DNA from: a virus
Lineage: Duplodnaviria; Heunggongvirae; Uroviricota; Caudoviricetes
IMG/VR virus record: IMGVR_UViG_3300028914_000001
Span: 1-29,488 of that record
DNA: 29,488 bases
Strand: one strand, 5' to 3'
Numbering within the stretch: position 1 is the first letter of the stretch; every line of letters begins with the position of its first letter. This document shows, in pieces, positions 17,014 through 25,433 of the stretch. The position numbers and the translations under genes were made by a program. Under the pieces are notes generated by a model. That model made no database searches. It was given only the letters and a program-made list of their open reading frames with translations, and had not been told where the DNA came from.

Positions 17014-17880
17014 ATGGGTGAAAGAAGCGACTTTTTTGTCCGAGTTCGGGCGAAAGAAAAAACAAGCGACAGGTTCTATAAACATCAGGCATTCTTTGGT
17101 CTCTACTATCAATGGTGCTATGGTGAACGCATGATTAGCCGTCTGCGTTCTGCTCTCGCCTTTGTGGAGAGCGAGATTAGCGGTAGGCATGGTAGCTATG
17201 CTGTAACCAAAGAACAAATGGATAGGTTCAAGCGGTATCTTGGTATCAACTTCGATATGAAAGACTTTGTAGATACAATAGACCTCATTCCCTCTACGGT
17301 CGATGATATTATACAGGGTCTTGACACGGCTAAATCTGACATTTTCGACCAAGCCGAAAACCACGGGTATATCTACCTTGACATTACCCTTGATGACCCC
17401 GACAAAAAGTTCGGTGATAATAATGCTAAAATCAAGTATGCCTTTGTTGATAGTGAGTATCACTCTAAGAAAAACCCCCTCCCGCCCGTTCGGAGTGTAG
17501 AAAGCTTTGCCGACCACGATATAGGCGACGATGAACGCAAGTGGTATGAACCTGACCCATATTGGGCTGATAAGTCTTGGGGGGCTGCACACAAAGAGCG
17601 TTTCTTGAACGATATTGTCCCGACCGCCAAAAAGAACATTGAGGCAATCAATTCCTCGGCAACCTTGATGACCGAAGATGACCGCAAAGAATTTGTAAAA
17701 TTCGGTCGTGCTTATGCAAGAAAGATTTTCCGTGAAGCTGAAAAGAAAAAAATGGAAATCAAGGAACAGAGAGAAACCCTGACCGCTGAAATCTGCTCAC
17801 AGGAATACTTACCTGCTGAACTCCATAACAAGTTATTGGAACTCGTAGATAAGGTCTACCCGAAACCAATAAGAGAATAA
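17014..17880 (+). CDS. Phage hypothetical protein, 288 aa
   Basis: AACAACGGAG leader; MG.RS...YYQW.YGERMISR pattern. Confidence 0.85.
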   Translation: MGERSDFFVRVRAKEKTSDRFYKHQAFFGLYYQWCYGERMISRLRSALAFVESEISGRHGSYAVTKEQMDRFKRYLGINFDMKDFVDTIDLIPSTVDDIIQGLDTAKSDIFDQAENHGYIYLDITLDDPDKKFGDNNAKIKYAFVDSEYHSKKNPLPPVRSVESFADHDIGDDERKWYEPDPYWADKSWGAAHKERFLNDIVPTAKKNIEAINSSATLMTEDDRKEFVKFGRAYARKIFREAEKKKMEIKEQRETLTAEICSQEYLPAELHNKLLELVDKVYPKPIRE

Positions 17881-17898
17881 CTCATTCGCCTGACTCCT

Positions 17899-18064
17899 GC
17901 CCCCTCGAAAGAGGGGGATTTTTATTTTTTTATTTTTGATTTTCAACTTGGGTTATCACCCCTGCCCCTTCACCCCGCCGCAGACTCGTGCGTGCATCTG
18001 TTTAGAAAACTTTACATAAAAATGATGAAACCCTATTGACAAAACCAATTTAATTAGGTATATT
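17899..18064 (+). repeat. Junction 23: terminator + site A + promoter
   Basis: GAAA-loop hairpin 17899-17917; site A 17942-17961 (CTTGGG); TTGACA 18036, TATATT 18059. Confidence 0.9.
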
Positions 18065-18098
18065 TATATCATAGAAACAAATCAACGGAGAATTAAAA

Positions 18099-18506
18099 AT
18101 GGGCTACACTAACTATTGGTCGCTTAATACACGCAAAAAGAAGTTCAGCGGCTATGTTCTCGAAAAGGTTGAGAAAATCTTTTCCGTCTACGCTGAAAGC
18201 ACGAATAAAAAGCTGGTCGAAACCGCAGGAAGCAAAAAGGGTGCTGTCGTGAACTCGACACGCATCCAATTCAACGGTGGCTCTGACGATGCCTACGAAG
18301 ACTTCTACATCAACCTCAGACACCGAATTGACTTCAACTTCTGCAAGACCAATCGGAACATATACGATAGGGCTGTCAAGGCTGTCCTTATGTTGCTCGA
18401 ACAGGAACACTACATCAAGGAGTGGCACTTCGACGGACACTTCATCGACTCGGAATATTCCAAAGCAAAAGAATTGCTTGATAAAGCAGGAATAGCACAC
18501 AACTAA
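18099..18506 (+). CDS. MGYTNYW-family phage protein, copy 1, 135 aa
   Basis: MGYTNYW...FNG...E.F...FCKT...YD..V; paralogue of 21799..22239. Confidence 0.8.
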   Translation: MGYTNYWSLNTRKKKFSGYVLEKVEKIFSVYAESTNKKLVETAGSKKGAVVNSTRIQFNGGSDDAYEDFYINLRHRIDFNFCKTNRNIYDRAVKAVLMLLEQEHYIKEWHFDGHFIDSEYSKAKELLDKAGIAHN

Positions 18507-18519
18507 AAAGGAGTTCACA

Positions 18520-18864
18520 ATGGGACTTGATATCAGCATCACAACAAAGAAACACGACAACGATTTCCGCAAGCACAACTATCTCTTCCGTTGGGTAGAG
18601 AACCGTGTAGGCACAATCGAAAACGAACAAACCTACTACCTTGAAAAGCAGGACATTCAGGACTTGCTCGACTCCATCAATGAAGTTCTCGATGACCACA
18701 GCAAGGCGGAAGACGTGTTGCCTACACAGTCGGGGTTCTTCTTTGGTAGCACGGAATATGACGAAGGCTACTTCGAAGACCTCGAATATGCGAAAGACAA
18801 ACTCTCGGCCATGATTGACGATTGGGAAGAGGGAGAGCAAGCCGAATTTTGGGCGTGGTGGTAA
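18520..18864 (+). CDS. MGLD-type acidic phage protein, 114 aa
   Basis: MGLD...RK.N....W...LPT.SGFFFGST.YD..Y pattern recalled from uncharacterised phage proteins. Confidence 0.8.
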   Translation: MGLDISITTKKHDNDFRKHNYLFRWVENRVGTIENEQTYYLEKQDIQDLLDSINEVLDDHSKAEDVLPTQSGFFFGSTEYDEGYFEDLEYAKDKLSAMIDDWEEGEQAEFWAWW

Positions 18865-18885
18865 TGGGGGTATAACATTCCCCGG

Positions 18886-19044
18886 ATGCCCTCGAAAGGG
18901 GGCATTTTTATTTTTTCTTTTTTGGGTTTCAACTTAGGTTATCACCCTTTTCCTGGAAACCTCCTGGGGATAATCCAAGTTTACAAAACTTTACATAAAA
19001 AACAACGGCTTACTCTTGACTAAACCAATTTAATTATGTATATT
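18886..19044 (+). repeat. Junction 24: terminator + site A + promoter
   Basis: GAAA-loop hairpin 18886-18905; site A 18928-18947 (CTTAGG); TTGACT 19016, TATATT 19039. Confidence 0.9.
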
Positions 19045-19073
19045 TTAACTAGCTATTAAACGGAGATATTTTT

Positions 19074-19784
19074 ATGGCTAAAAAGTTCAATCCTAATAAA
19101 TACACTTATCACTTCAACCTCGGGCATAACGTAAAGCTCGGCGAAGGCATCGCAACATGGTCTACCCTTAAAGGGTCTGAATTGCTCTACATCCCTGTCC
19201 TTGAAAAAAAGGTGCGTGGCACTTGCAAGGATAGTGAGTATTGCACCAAAGACTGTTATGTAAACAAGAGCTACAACCGCTTTCCAAAGACCGCCCTCTA
19301 CGGTCATGCTAGGAACACAATAGGGCTTCGTCGTTGCCCGTCCAAGGTGTTCGCTGACCTGCATCGCCAGCTTTCAGTCACCAACCGCTTCCGCATTGTA
19401 CGCATCAACCAGAGCGGCGACATTGAAAATATCCAAGAGCTTGAAATGTGGGTAAACCTTGCTTTGCTCCATCCAAATTTCACTTTTTACATCTACACTA
19501 AACAATTTAAGATAGCATCTGAATTTGTTTTGTCGAACGGCTTGCCCAAAAACTTCCATCTGAATTTCTCTATTTGGCATGAACACGGGGTAAACGAATA
19601 TTTCAAGGTCGCATCTAATCCAAATGCTCACGCTTTCGTCTATGATGACGGAGAAACCTATATCCCGGCTAATGACTATTGCAGGGCTTACATCAATGGT
19701 AAACTCAACCATAAGATAACCTGTGAAGTATGTAAGAAGTGTTATAAGCCAAAGACGAAAGTTATCTATTGCAAGTCTCATTAA
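19074..19784 (+). CDS. GP88-like phage protein, 236 aa
   Basis: GTC...C...CY; R....SGD; FY.YTK; N..FS; C-terminal TCxxCxxC. Confidence 0.65.
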   Translation: MAKKFNPNKYTYHFNLGHNVKLGEGIATWSTLKGSELLYIPVLEKKVRGTCKDSEYCTKDCYVNKSYNRFPKTALYGHARNTIGLRRCPSKVFADLHRQLSVTNRFRIVRINQSGDIENIQELEMWVNLALLHPNFTFYIYTKQFKIASEFVLSNGLPKNFHLNFSIWHEHGVNEYFKVASNPNAHAFVYDDGETYIPANDYCRAYINGKLNHKITCEVCKKCYKPKTKVIYCKSH

Positions 19785-19788
19785 ATCC

Positions 19789-19958
19789 GCCCCCGAAAGG
19801 GGGCATTTTTTATTTTTTATTTTTTGATTTTCAACATGGGTTATCACCCTAGCCTCGACTCCAGCTGTCCCACTCGGTTTCCGCCCTCGACTGTAACGAA
19901 ATCTTTACACAAAAAATGATGGAAACCTATTGACAGCCAATATTTAATTAGGTATATT
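19789..19958 (+). repeat. Junction 25: terminator + site A + site B + promoter
   Basis: GAAA-loop hairpin 19789-19804; site A 19830-19849 (CATGGG); site B 19892-19909; TTGACA 19930, TATATT 19953. Confidence 0.9.
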
Positions 19959-19982
19959 TATAGCAAACAACAGGAGACCTAT

Positions 19983-20393
19983 ATGGCAAAGAAAAAGACT
20001 ACATACTATCAGGCTGTTTGCTACACCACCGACCACTGCGATGATGACCTTATTGCACCCTCGTTTTGGAACCCGACGAAAGACCGCAAGGAAGCCGCTA
20101 GTGAAATCATGACTGAAATTGAACAGTCGTTCAGTTACACTACACGTAAAGGTTTCGGCCCTGAAAGCATCACGATTGAGTTCCGTCACAACACCGACGA
20201 TAACATCTCGTGGGAGAGCAAGGTCGTCAAGTGCATGGGGCGTAGCAAGAAGTTCCGCACCATGCTTGAACAGGGGCTTGCTGACGGCTCTATCATCACT
20301 GTCATGGTGACTGTTCCCGAATATGTTAATCTGTCCAATGTTCTCGTCAATGAACGCAAAGATGTTTTCCACATCAACGATTTCACCATCTAA
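19983..20393 (+). CDS. Hypothetical protein, 136 aa
   Basis: ACAGGAG SD. Confidence 0.8.
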   Translation: MAKKKTTYYQAVCYTTDHCDDDLIAPSFWNPTKDRKEAASEIMTEIEQSFSYTTRKGFGPESITIEFRHNTDDNISWESKVVKCMGRSKKFRTMLEQGLADGSIITVMVTVPEYVNLSNVLVNERKDVFHINDFTI

Positions 20394-20414
20394 TTCAATT
20401 TAAGAGACGTTAAT

Positions 20415-20555
20415 ATGGCTTGGGCATTTTCCCTTACAAGAAAAGAAATCAAAAAGAAGTTCAAGTGTTCCCTTGAAGAGTTGCAGAAGCGACCCGACAT
20501 AAGAACGACCCCTAGCATCGACCCGGACAAAACTATCGTGGTAGTCTTGCCGTAG
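20415..20555 (+). CDS. Microprotein, 46 aa (below ORF-track cutoff)
   Basis: MAWAFSLTRKEIKKKF...; AAGAG SD; fills the gap before the orphan promoter. Confidence 0.55.
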   Translation: MAWAFSLTRKEIKKKFKCSLEELQKRPDIRTTPSIDPDKTIVVVLP

Positions 20556-20583
20556 GGGTTTACAACACTTTACAAAAAATCTA

Positions 20584-20612
20584 TTGACAATATGGATTTA
20601 ATTATCTATATT
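20584..20612 (+). promoter_or_regulatory. Orphan module promoter (no terminator or site A upstream)
   Basis: TTGACA-17 bp (TTTAATTA)-TATATT. Confidence 0.85.
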
Positions 20613-20638
20613 ATCAATAGAAACCATGGAGGCATACA

Positions 20639-20872
20639 ATGTTCGATTTCATAGGAAAAATATTCAATGGCATCGTTCAGCTCATTACCGATATTATCCT
20701 AGCCATCATCATCGTTCTTGCCATCGCCTTGGTCTTGCTTACAGGTCATAGGAACGCTAACAACCCCTATATAGACCATTCTGACCAAATTCAGAAAGCA
20801 AAGATTGAAGCCGATAAGGAAGCCCAATATAGGGAAGCCCTCCAAAACCTCTATAACGAATACAGGAAATAA
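20639..20872 (+). CDS. Small membrane protein, 77 aa
   Basis: Hydrophobic stretch aa 12-35; GGAGG SD. Confidence 0.8.
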   Translation: MFDFIGKIFNGIVQLITDIILAIIIVLAIALVLLTGHRNANNPYIDHSDQIQKAKIEADKEAQYREALQNLYNEYRK

Positions 20873-20896
20873 GAAAACCTAATACCTCCGTTGTTC

Positions 20897-21069
20897 GCCC
20901 CCTCGCAAGAGGGGGCTTCTCTTTATCCCACCTTGGGTTTCAACATGGGTTATCACCCTTTCACTGGAAACCTCCTGTCCCATCCCGGTGTCCATCCCAG
21001 CCTGTAACGAAATCTTTACACAAAAAATGATGGAAACCTATTGACAAAACCATTTTAATTAGGTATATT
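20897..21069 (+). repeat. Junction 26: terminator + site A + site B + promoter
   Basis: GCAA-loop hairpin 20897-20916; site A 20939-20958 (CATGGG); site B 21003-21020; TTGACA 21041, TATATT 21064. Confidence 0.9.
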
Positions 21070-21096
21070 ATATATAGAAACAACGGAGATAAAACC

Positions 21097-21450
21097 ATGA
21101 AAGATTACTTTAAGGGTCAAACCATCAACATCAGCAATAAGGTTCGTAAGAACCTTGTTGTATCCATCAGCAACATCATCCTTGCAAAGCGTGATAAGCT
21201 TCCGCCTATCTGCATCGACAAGATTTTCCAACATGGCAAGCGTGGCAAGTATGTAGTGCGTGTTAGCCATGGCGACAAGGGCGACTATCAGGATATCGTC
21301 GGCTACTACGATACCATTACAAGCGACTCGCAGGTTCTCGAACACATCAATGATAGCCTCCCCCGTGTCCTCAAAGGCCGTTGGTTCATGGTTAAGGCAG
21401 GTCGTGATGGTAAGCGTTTCAACACTAATCAGTGGGTTAAACCGCAATAG
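21097..21450 (+). CDS. Basic hypothetical protein, 117 aa
   Basis: TAGAAACAACGGAG leader. Confidence 0.8.
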   Translation: MKDYFKGQTINISNKVRKNLVVSISNIILAKRDKLPPICIDKIFQHGKRGKYVVRVSHGDKGDYQDIVGYYDTITSDSQVLEHINDSLPRVLKGRWFMVKAGRDGKRFNTNQWVKPQ

Positions 21451-21461
21451 GGGATAATATC

Positions 21462-21773
21462 ATGGAAAAAATTAGCGTTAAATTCACGGATGAAGAAAAG
21501 TTCACCATCGGCTTGTTCGCAAACACGATGAACCAAAAATCGTGGATTGCTTTCAAAAAGAGCGATGACAACACCCTTTACATTTCTTCCACAGTTCCTA
21601 ACAAGCAAGTAAAGAAAGTGGAAATCAAAAAGAGTTCCGATACTGGCTTTGATGCGGAAATCAGCAGCAGCGTTTATGTCCTCGCTCATATCCATTGGCA
21701 GGGAACACTCATTCAGCTTCTCATGCGTATGCAGGCAGAACTGCTCAACACCGAACTGCTTATCGACGGCTAA
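21462..21773 (+). CDS. Hypothetical protein, 103 aa
   Basis: TAGGGG SD. Confidence 0.8.
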   Translation: MEKISVKFTDEEKFTIGLFANTMNQKSWIAFKKSDDNTLYISSTVPNKQVKKVEIKKSSDTGFDAEISSSVYVLAHIHWQGTLIQLLMRMQAELLNTELLIDG

Positions 21774-21798
21774 AATTTTTTGAAAAAGGAATTACATC

Positions 21799-22239
21799 AT
21801 GGGATACACAAACTATTGGAACCCCTCTAAAAAGCTCAAAACGCAAACGGATGCTTTTCCTCAGCTCATGCTTGACGAGATGACCAAGGTTGTCGAAGCT
21901 TACAACGCCAAGCAGAAAAAAGAGGAAATGAAAATCACCTACTACATCACACAAAAGCATATCGACCTCTATGGCGAACCCGCCACCTACGAGAGCTTCA
22001 ATGTCAGTCTCGAAAAGGAAGAGCGTATTGGGCGAGCTGGCGTTGATGCGTGGACTTTCTGCAAGACAGCCCGAGAGCCTTACGATGTTGTCGTTAAGAC
22101 TTTCCTTGTTCTCATGCAGAAGTATGGGCTTATCGACTCGTGGAGCCATGACGACAACAACAGTTGTTCTGAATACCGAAAGGCCAGAGCGTTCGCAAAG
22201 AAGTTGGGCATCAACTTCTCACAGTTCAACGCAAAGTAA
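21799..22239 (+). CDS. MGYTNYW-family phage protein, copy 2, 146 aa
   Basis: MGYTNYW...YESF...FCKTAREPYD.VV; paralogue of 18099..18506. Confidence 0.8.
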   Translation: MGYTNYWNPSKKLKTQTDAFPQLMLDEMTKVVEAYNAKQKKEEMKITYYITQKHIDLYGEPATYESFNVSLEKEERIGRAGVDAWTFCKTAREPYDVVVKTFLVLMQKYGLIDSWSHDDNNSCSEYRKARAFAKKLGINFSQFNAK

Positions 22240-22248
22240 TTTAATTTA

Positions 22249-22417
22249 GCTCCCTGCATAGGGGGCATTTTTATTTTTTATTTTTAATTTCCAACTTGGG
22301 TTATCACCCCTCAACCTTCTGCCGCCGTCCCCTCGGTTTCCGCCCTCGACTGTAACGAAATCTTTACACAAAAATGTTGGAAACCCTATTGACTAAAACA
22401 ATTTAATTAGGTATATT
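22249..22417 (+). repeat. Junction 27: terminator + site A + site B + promoter
   Basis: Hairpin 22249-22266; site A 22290-22309 (CTTGGG); site B 22351-22368; TTGACT 22389, TATATT 22412. Confidence 0.9.
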
Positions 22418-22444
22418 TATAGCATAGAAACAAAGGAGCATCTC

Positions 22445-22768
22445 ATGGAACCCACAGAGAACCAATTTGATGAACTCATATCCTACTTGACAAAGATGGG
22501 GGTTGACCACACAGCCAAAGACAAGTCTGGAACTATGGACTACCTAAGCGATAGAACGGCAACCTACACCAAGGAAGTAACCATCGGCCCAAACCATATT
22601 ACGACCGTTCGTTATATCCCTGAGTTTGACGGCTTTGTTGACCCCTCCGACGATACAAGCGGTGGGGCATACGACCTGTTCGTAATGGATGCGTGGGAAA
22701 CAGCACGCTGGCTCGGCTCTATGTACTTCGAGGAAGATGTAGGAGAGACCGAGAAACGCATGAATTAA
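22445..22768 (+). CDS. Acidic hypothetical protein, 107 aa
   Basis: AGAAACAAAGGAG leader. Confidence 0.8.
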   Translation: MEPTENQFDELISYLTKMGVDHTAKDKSGTMDYLSDRTATYTKEVTIGPNHITTVRYIPEFDGFVDPSDDTSGGAYDLFVMDAWETARWLGSMYFEEDVGETEKRMN

Positions 22769-22788
22769 CATAAACAAGAGTAAACATT

Positions 22789-23268
22789 ATGGTTCAACAC
22801 ATCGCTTACTACAATGACCCAATAGACATCAAGGAACTGATGGACAAGGATGCACATAGCATCGTGAAGCACTACAAGAAAGGCATGGGTGCTTACCTGT
22901 TGTCCAATGACCCTGCCTATGCTCCCATCAAGGGTTGCCGCCCTGTTATGGTTGGCAACGAAAAGTGGTATGTAAAGAAGTCCATCAACCGCAAGAAGCT
23001 CGATGGATGCGACAACTACATCGACCTCTTCATGGAACCGCAAGCGAAGACTAGACTCCCTCGCATAAAGCGAGTCCTGTATTGGGAATACTCCACGGAT
23101 AACGGCAAGTTGGAGATTACTGACGGCGATGTTACAAAGGTCTGCCGTCTGCAAAAGTCCGTAGAGAACGAAGTGACCTACATCTACATCACTTTCAGGC
23201 GAAAGCGCTATGAAATAAAAATCAAACGAGACCAATACAAGCCAAAATTTACTCTCAAACCGTGGTAA
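22789..23268 (+). CDS. Basic hypothetical protein, 159 aa
   Basis: AAGAG SD. Confidence 0.75.
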   Translation: MVQHIAYYNDPIDIKELMDKDAHSIVKHYKKGMGAYLLSNDPAYAPIKGCRPVMVGNEKWYVKKSINRKKLDGCDNYIDLFMEPQAKTRLPRIKRVLYWEYSTDNGKLEITDGDVTKVCRLQKSVENEVTYIYITFRRKRYEIKIKRDQYKPKFTLKPW

Positions 23269-23299
23269 GGTTAGTAACAAAAACTTTACAAAAAATTCC

Positions 23300-23328
23300 T
23301 TGGCAAATCTCTTTTAATTAGGTATATT
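23300..23328 (+). promoter_or_regulatory. Orphan module promoter (no terminator or site A upstream)
   Basis: TTGGCA-17 bp (TTTAATTA)-TATATT; site-B-like AGTAA-N8-TTACA at 23273-23290. Confidence 0.8.
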
Positions 23329-23353
23329 TATATCAGAAACAACAGGAGGCAAT

Positions 23354-23737
23354 ATGCCAGCAAAGATTAACATTACCAAAGAACTTCTAGCCGCATTTGA
23401 TGCGAACAAGCACGCCATCCGTGATATGGCTCTTTACGCACGCTCGGCTCTTGTCAAGGTCATTCCCCAAGGTTGCTCATTCGATGTCGAAACTGTCCGC
23501 ACCAATGCAGCTTTGAACAGCGATGGATACCTGCAAGTAGACCTCGTGTATATCTTGCACAACATCCCCGCCCACGGAACATGGTACTTCACATTCATGT
23601 TCAGAACCGACCGTGTGGGTAATGTCGTTGGTTCCGTCATGGTTACGAAGAACACCGATGACGGCATCTATACCAAGTCCTGCAAATTCAAGCAGGAAGA
23701 AATCGACAAAATCGTTGCCGAAATCGCAGAAGAATAA
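23354..23737 (+). CDS. Hypothetical protein, 127 aa
   Basis: AGAAACAACAGGAGG leader. Confidence 0.8.
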   Translation: MPAKINITKELLAAFDANKHAIRDMALYARSALVKVIPQGCSFDVETVRTNAALNSDGYLQVDLVYILHNIPAHGTWYFTFMFRTDRVGNVVGSVMVTKNTDDGIYTKSCKFKQEEIDKIVAEIAEE

Positions 23738-23748
23738 GGGGGATTAAA

Positions 23749-24264
23749 ATGATTAAGGTAGAAAATTGGAAAGGATATGGTGGCAGGGAAAACTCTATTT
23801 GGGTTTCCATCGACACTAAGACATTCAACAAATATAATTTTTATAATACTGACTCTCATGTATCCTTTGGGAACCGCATGAGCGAATACCTCCGTCATGG
23901 TGATTACCACGCCCATGACGAATACATCGTGCCTCATGTAAAGAGTTGCGGTGCTGACTGCGCTGGGTTCACCGTGCAGTTCGATGTTAAGCCCACAAAG
24001 AAGTTGATGGAGCAGGTTCGCCAAGTGTTCATTCAGGTCATTGGTCCCGATGACCCCGACTTCATAGCGCCTATCCCCCATGTAAGGGAGATTATCAAGT
24101 GGACTCCCAAAATGAAGTGCATCCGTGTTGGCGACAGGTGGTCTGACGATAAGGATTGCAAGGTGAACCCCAAAGGAATGATTAAGTTCCGTGGCAAGAA
24201 GTATATCGTCAAGAATGTAAACACCGATGCTGACCCATCCATCGCCCTCGTTCCTGTTAAATAA
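23749..24264 (+). CDS. Hypothetical protein, 171 aa
   Basis: TAAGGGGG SD. Confidence 0.8.
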   Translation: MIKVENWKGYGGRENSIWVSIDTKTFNKYNFYNTDSHVSFGNRMSEYLRHGDYHAHDEYIVPHVKSCGADCAGFTVQFDVKPTKKLMEQVRQVFIQVIGPDDPDFIAPIPHVREIIKWTPKMKCIRVGDRWSDDKDCKVNPKGMIKFRGKKYIVKNVNTDADPSIALVPVK

Positions 24265-24281
24265 TTTTTTCTTTTTTTCTC

Positions 24282-24310
24282 TTGACAATTTGGATTTAAT
24301 TATCTATATT
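24282..24310 (+). promoter_or_regulatory. Orphan module promoter (no terminator or site A upstream)
   Basis: TTGACA-17 bp (TTTAATTA)-TATATT, 17 nt after the upstream stop. Confidence 0.85.
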
Positions 24311-24336
24311 GTTAAGAGAAACAAAGGAGATACCAA

Positions 24337-24921
24337 ATGGCAGACCTAACCAAATTCGTAAATTTCTTCAAGTCGAAAGTCCCTGCATTCATGAAAACTT
24401 TTGGCTACAACTCCAAGCTCGAAGAGGGCGAAAAGACCCTTATCAATGGTTTCATCGACCATGTTGCCGACGATATTGTCTACTCGGAAATCGTCACTAA
24501 AAAGGAACTTGCTGAAACCCTCATTCTCAAAGGGATTGACAGAGAGTTCGTAAACAAGCATCTCGACACCCTAATCAAACTTGAAGACCTCTACTTCACG
24601 ATTGAAACCTATGTCAATTCCACCAAGTATGTCAACTACTGTGAGAACACAATTAGGACATGGTATCGTCAACACAAAGGCAAACTGAACCGTACTTACA
24701 CCGAAATCAAGCACGATTACTTTGATGACTATAACGGATGTTGGACTATTGATGCTTGGCGTAATCCTGACGATGACGAAGACGGGGTCGCTCCCATTGA
24801 AGTATATCTTGATGGCTCGCTCAAAATCCGAGATGAAAATGCGTTCTACGATGCTATGCTAGATTTCGGAATTATAGAAGCCATTGAAGAAACTTTAAAA
24901 GAAATCAAGTCTGCCAAATAA
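24337..24921 (+). CDS. Hypothetical protein, 194 aa
   Basis: AGAAACAAAGGAG leader; acidic C-terminal half. Confidence 0.8.
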   Translation: MADLTKFVNFFKSKVPAFMKTFGYNSKLEEGEKTLINGFIDHVADDIVYSEIVTKKELAETLILKGIDREFVNKHLDTLIKLEDLYFTIETYVNSTKYVNYCENTIRTWYRQHKGKLNRTYTEIKHDYFDDYNGCWTIDAWRNPDDDEDGVAPIEVYLDGSLKIRDENAFYDAMLDFGIIEAIEETLKEIKSAK

Positions 24922-24934
24922 CGGAGGTAAAGTT

Positions 24935-25429
24935 ATGCAAAGTGCAGAAGCCGCCAACAACCAAAAGACCAAAGTCCTTGACTACATCAGAAAGCACGGG
25001 AAAATCACTTCCCTCGATGCTTTCTCCAAGCTCCACATTACCCGTCTGTCAGCCTGTATCTTCAACCTGAGACAAGATGGGTATAACATCAAGACCCGTG
25101 AGCTTGAAGTGACCACCGAATACGGCAAGACCACCTTTGCCGAATACTACCTCTCCCGTGGCCGTCGCCCGAAGCCGAAGATTTCCTCCGTCACCTATCA
25201 GCCGACCGAAACCACAAAGGTTCGTGTGACTGTCCGTCGCACCTCTGTCGATGACCGGGATGCCATCAATGCTTCACTCAAAGGCACGACCCGTAAGGAA
25301 ATCGTAAACCGTTTGAAAACCCTTGCTGGCAAAGCCGCAAAGAAAACCCCAAAGAAGAAAGCTGTTAGGAAAGCCCCCATCAAAAGGAAGTCCGACCAGT
25401 TAGAACTCTTCCCAGAACTCTATAAGTAA
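24935..25429 (+). CDS. HTH_39-like DNA-binding protein with basic tail and C-terminal QLELF motif, 164 aa
   Basis: QKTKVLDYIRKHGKITSLDAF..LHITRLSACIFNLRQDGYNI helix-turn-helix pattern; K-rich tail. Confidence 0.75.
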   Translation: MQSAEAANNQKTKVLDYIRKHGKITSLDAFSKLHITRLSACIFNLRQDGYNIKTRELEVTTEYGKTTFAEYYLSRGRRPKPKISSVTYQPTETTKVRVTVRRTSVDDRDAINASLKGTTRKEIVNRLKTLAGKAAKKTPKKKAVRKAPIKRKSDQLELFPELYK

Positions 25430-25433
25430 TTTC

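Noticed and set aside
616-17898. ACTCCT hexamers just before terminators (616, 10549, 17893) as anti-SD elements
   Set aside because: They are only 6-7 nt in C-rich context, too short to separate from chance without statistics.
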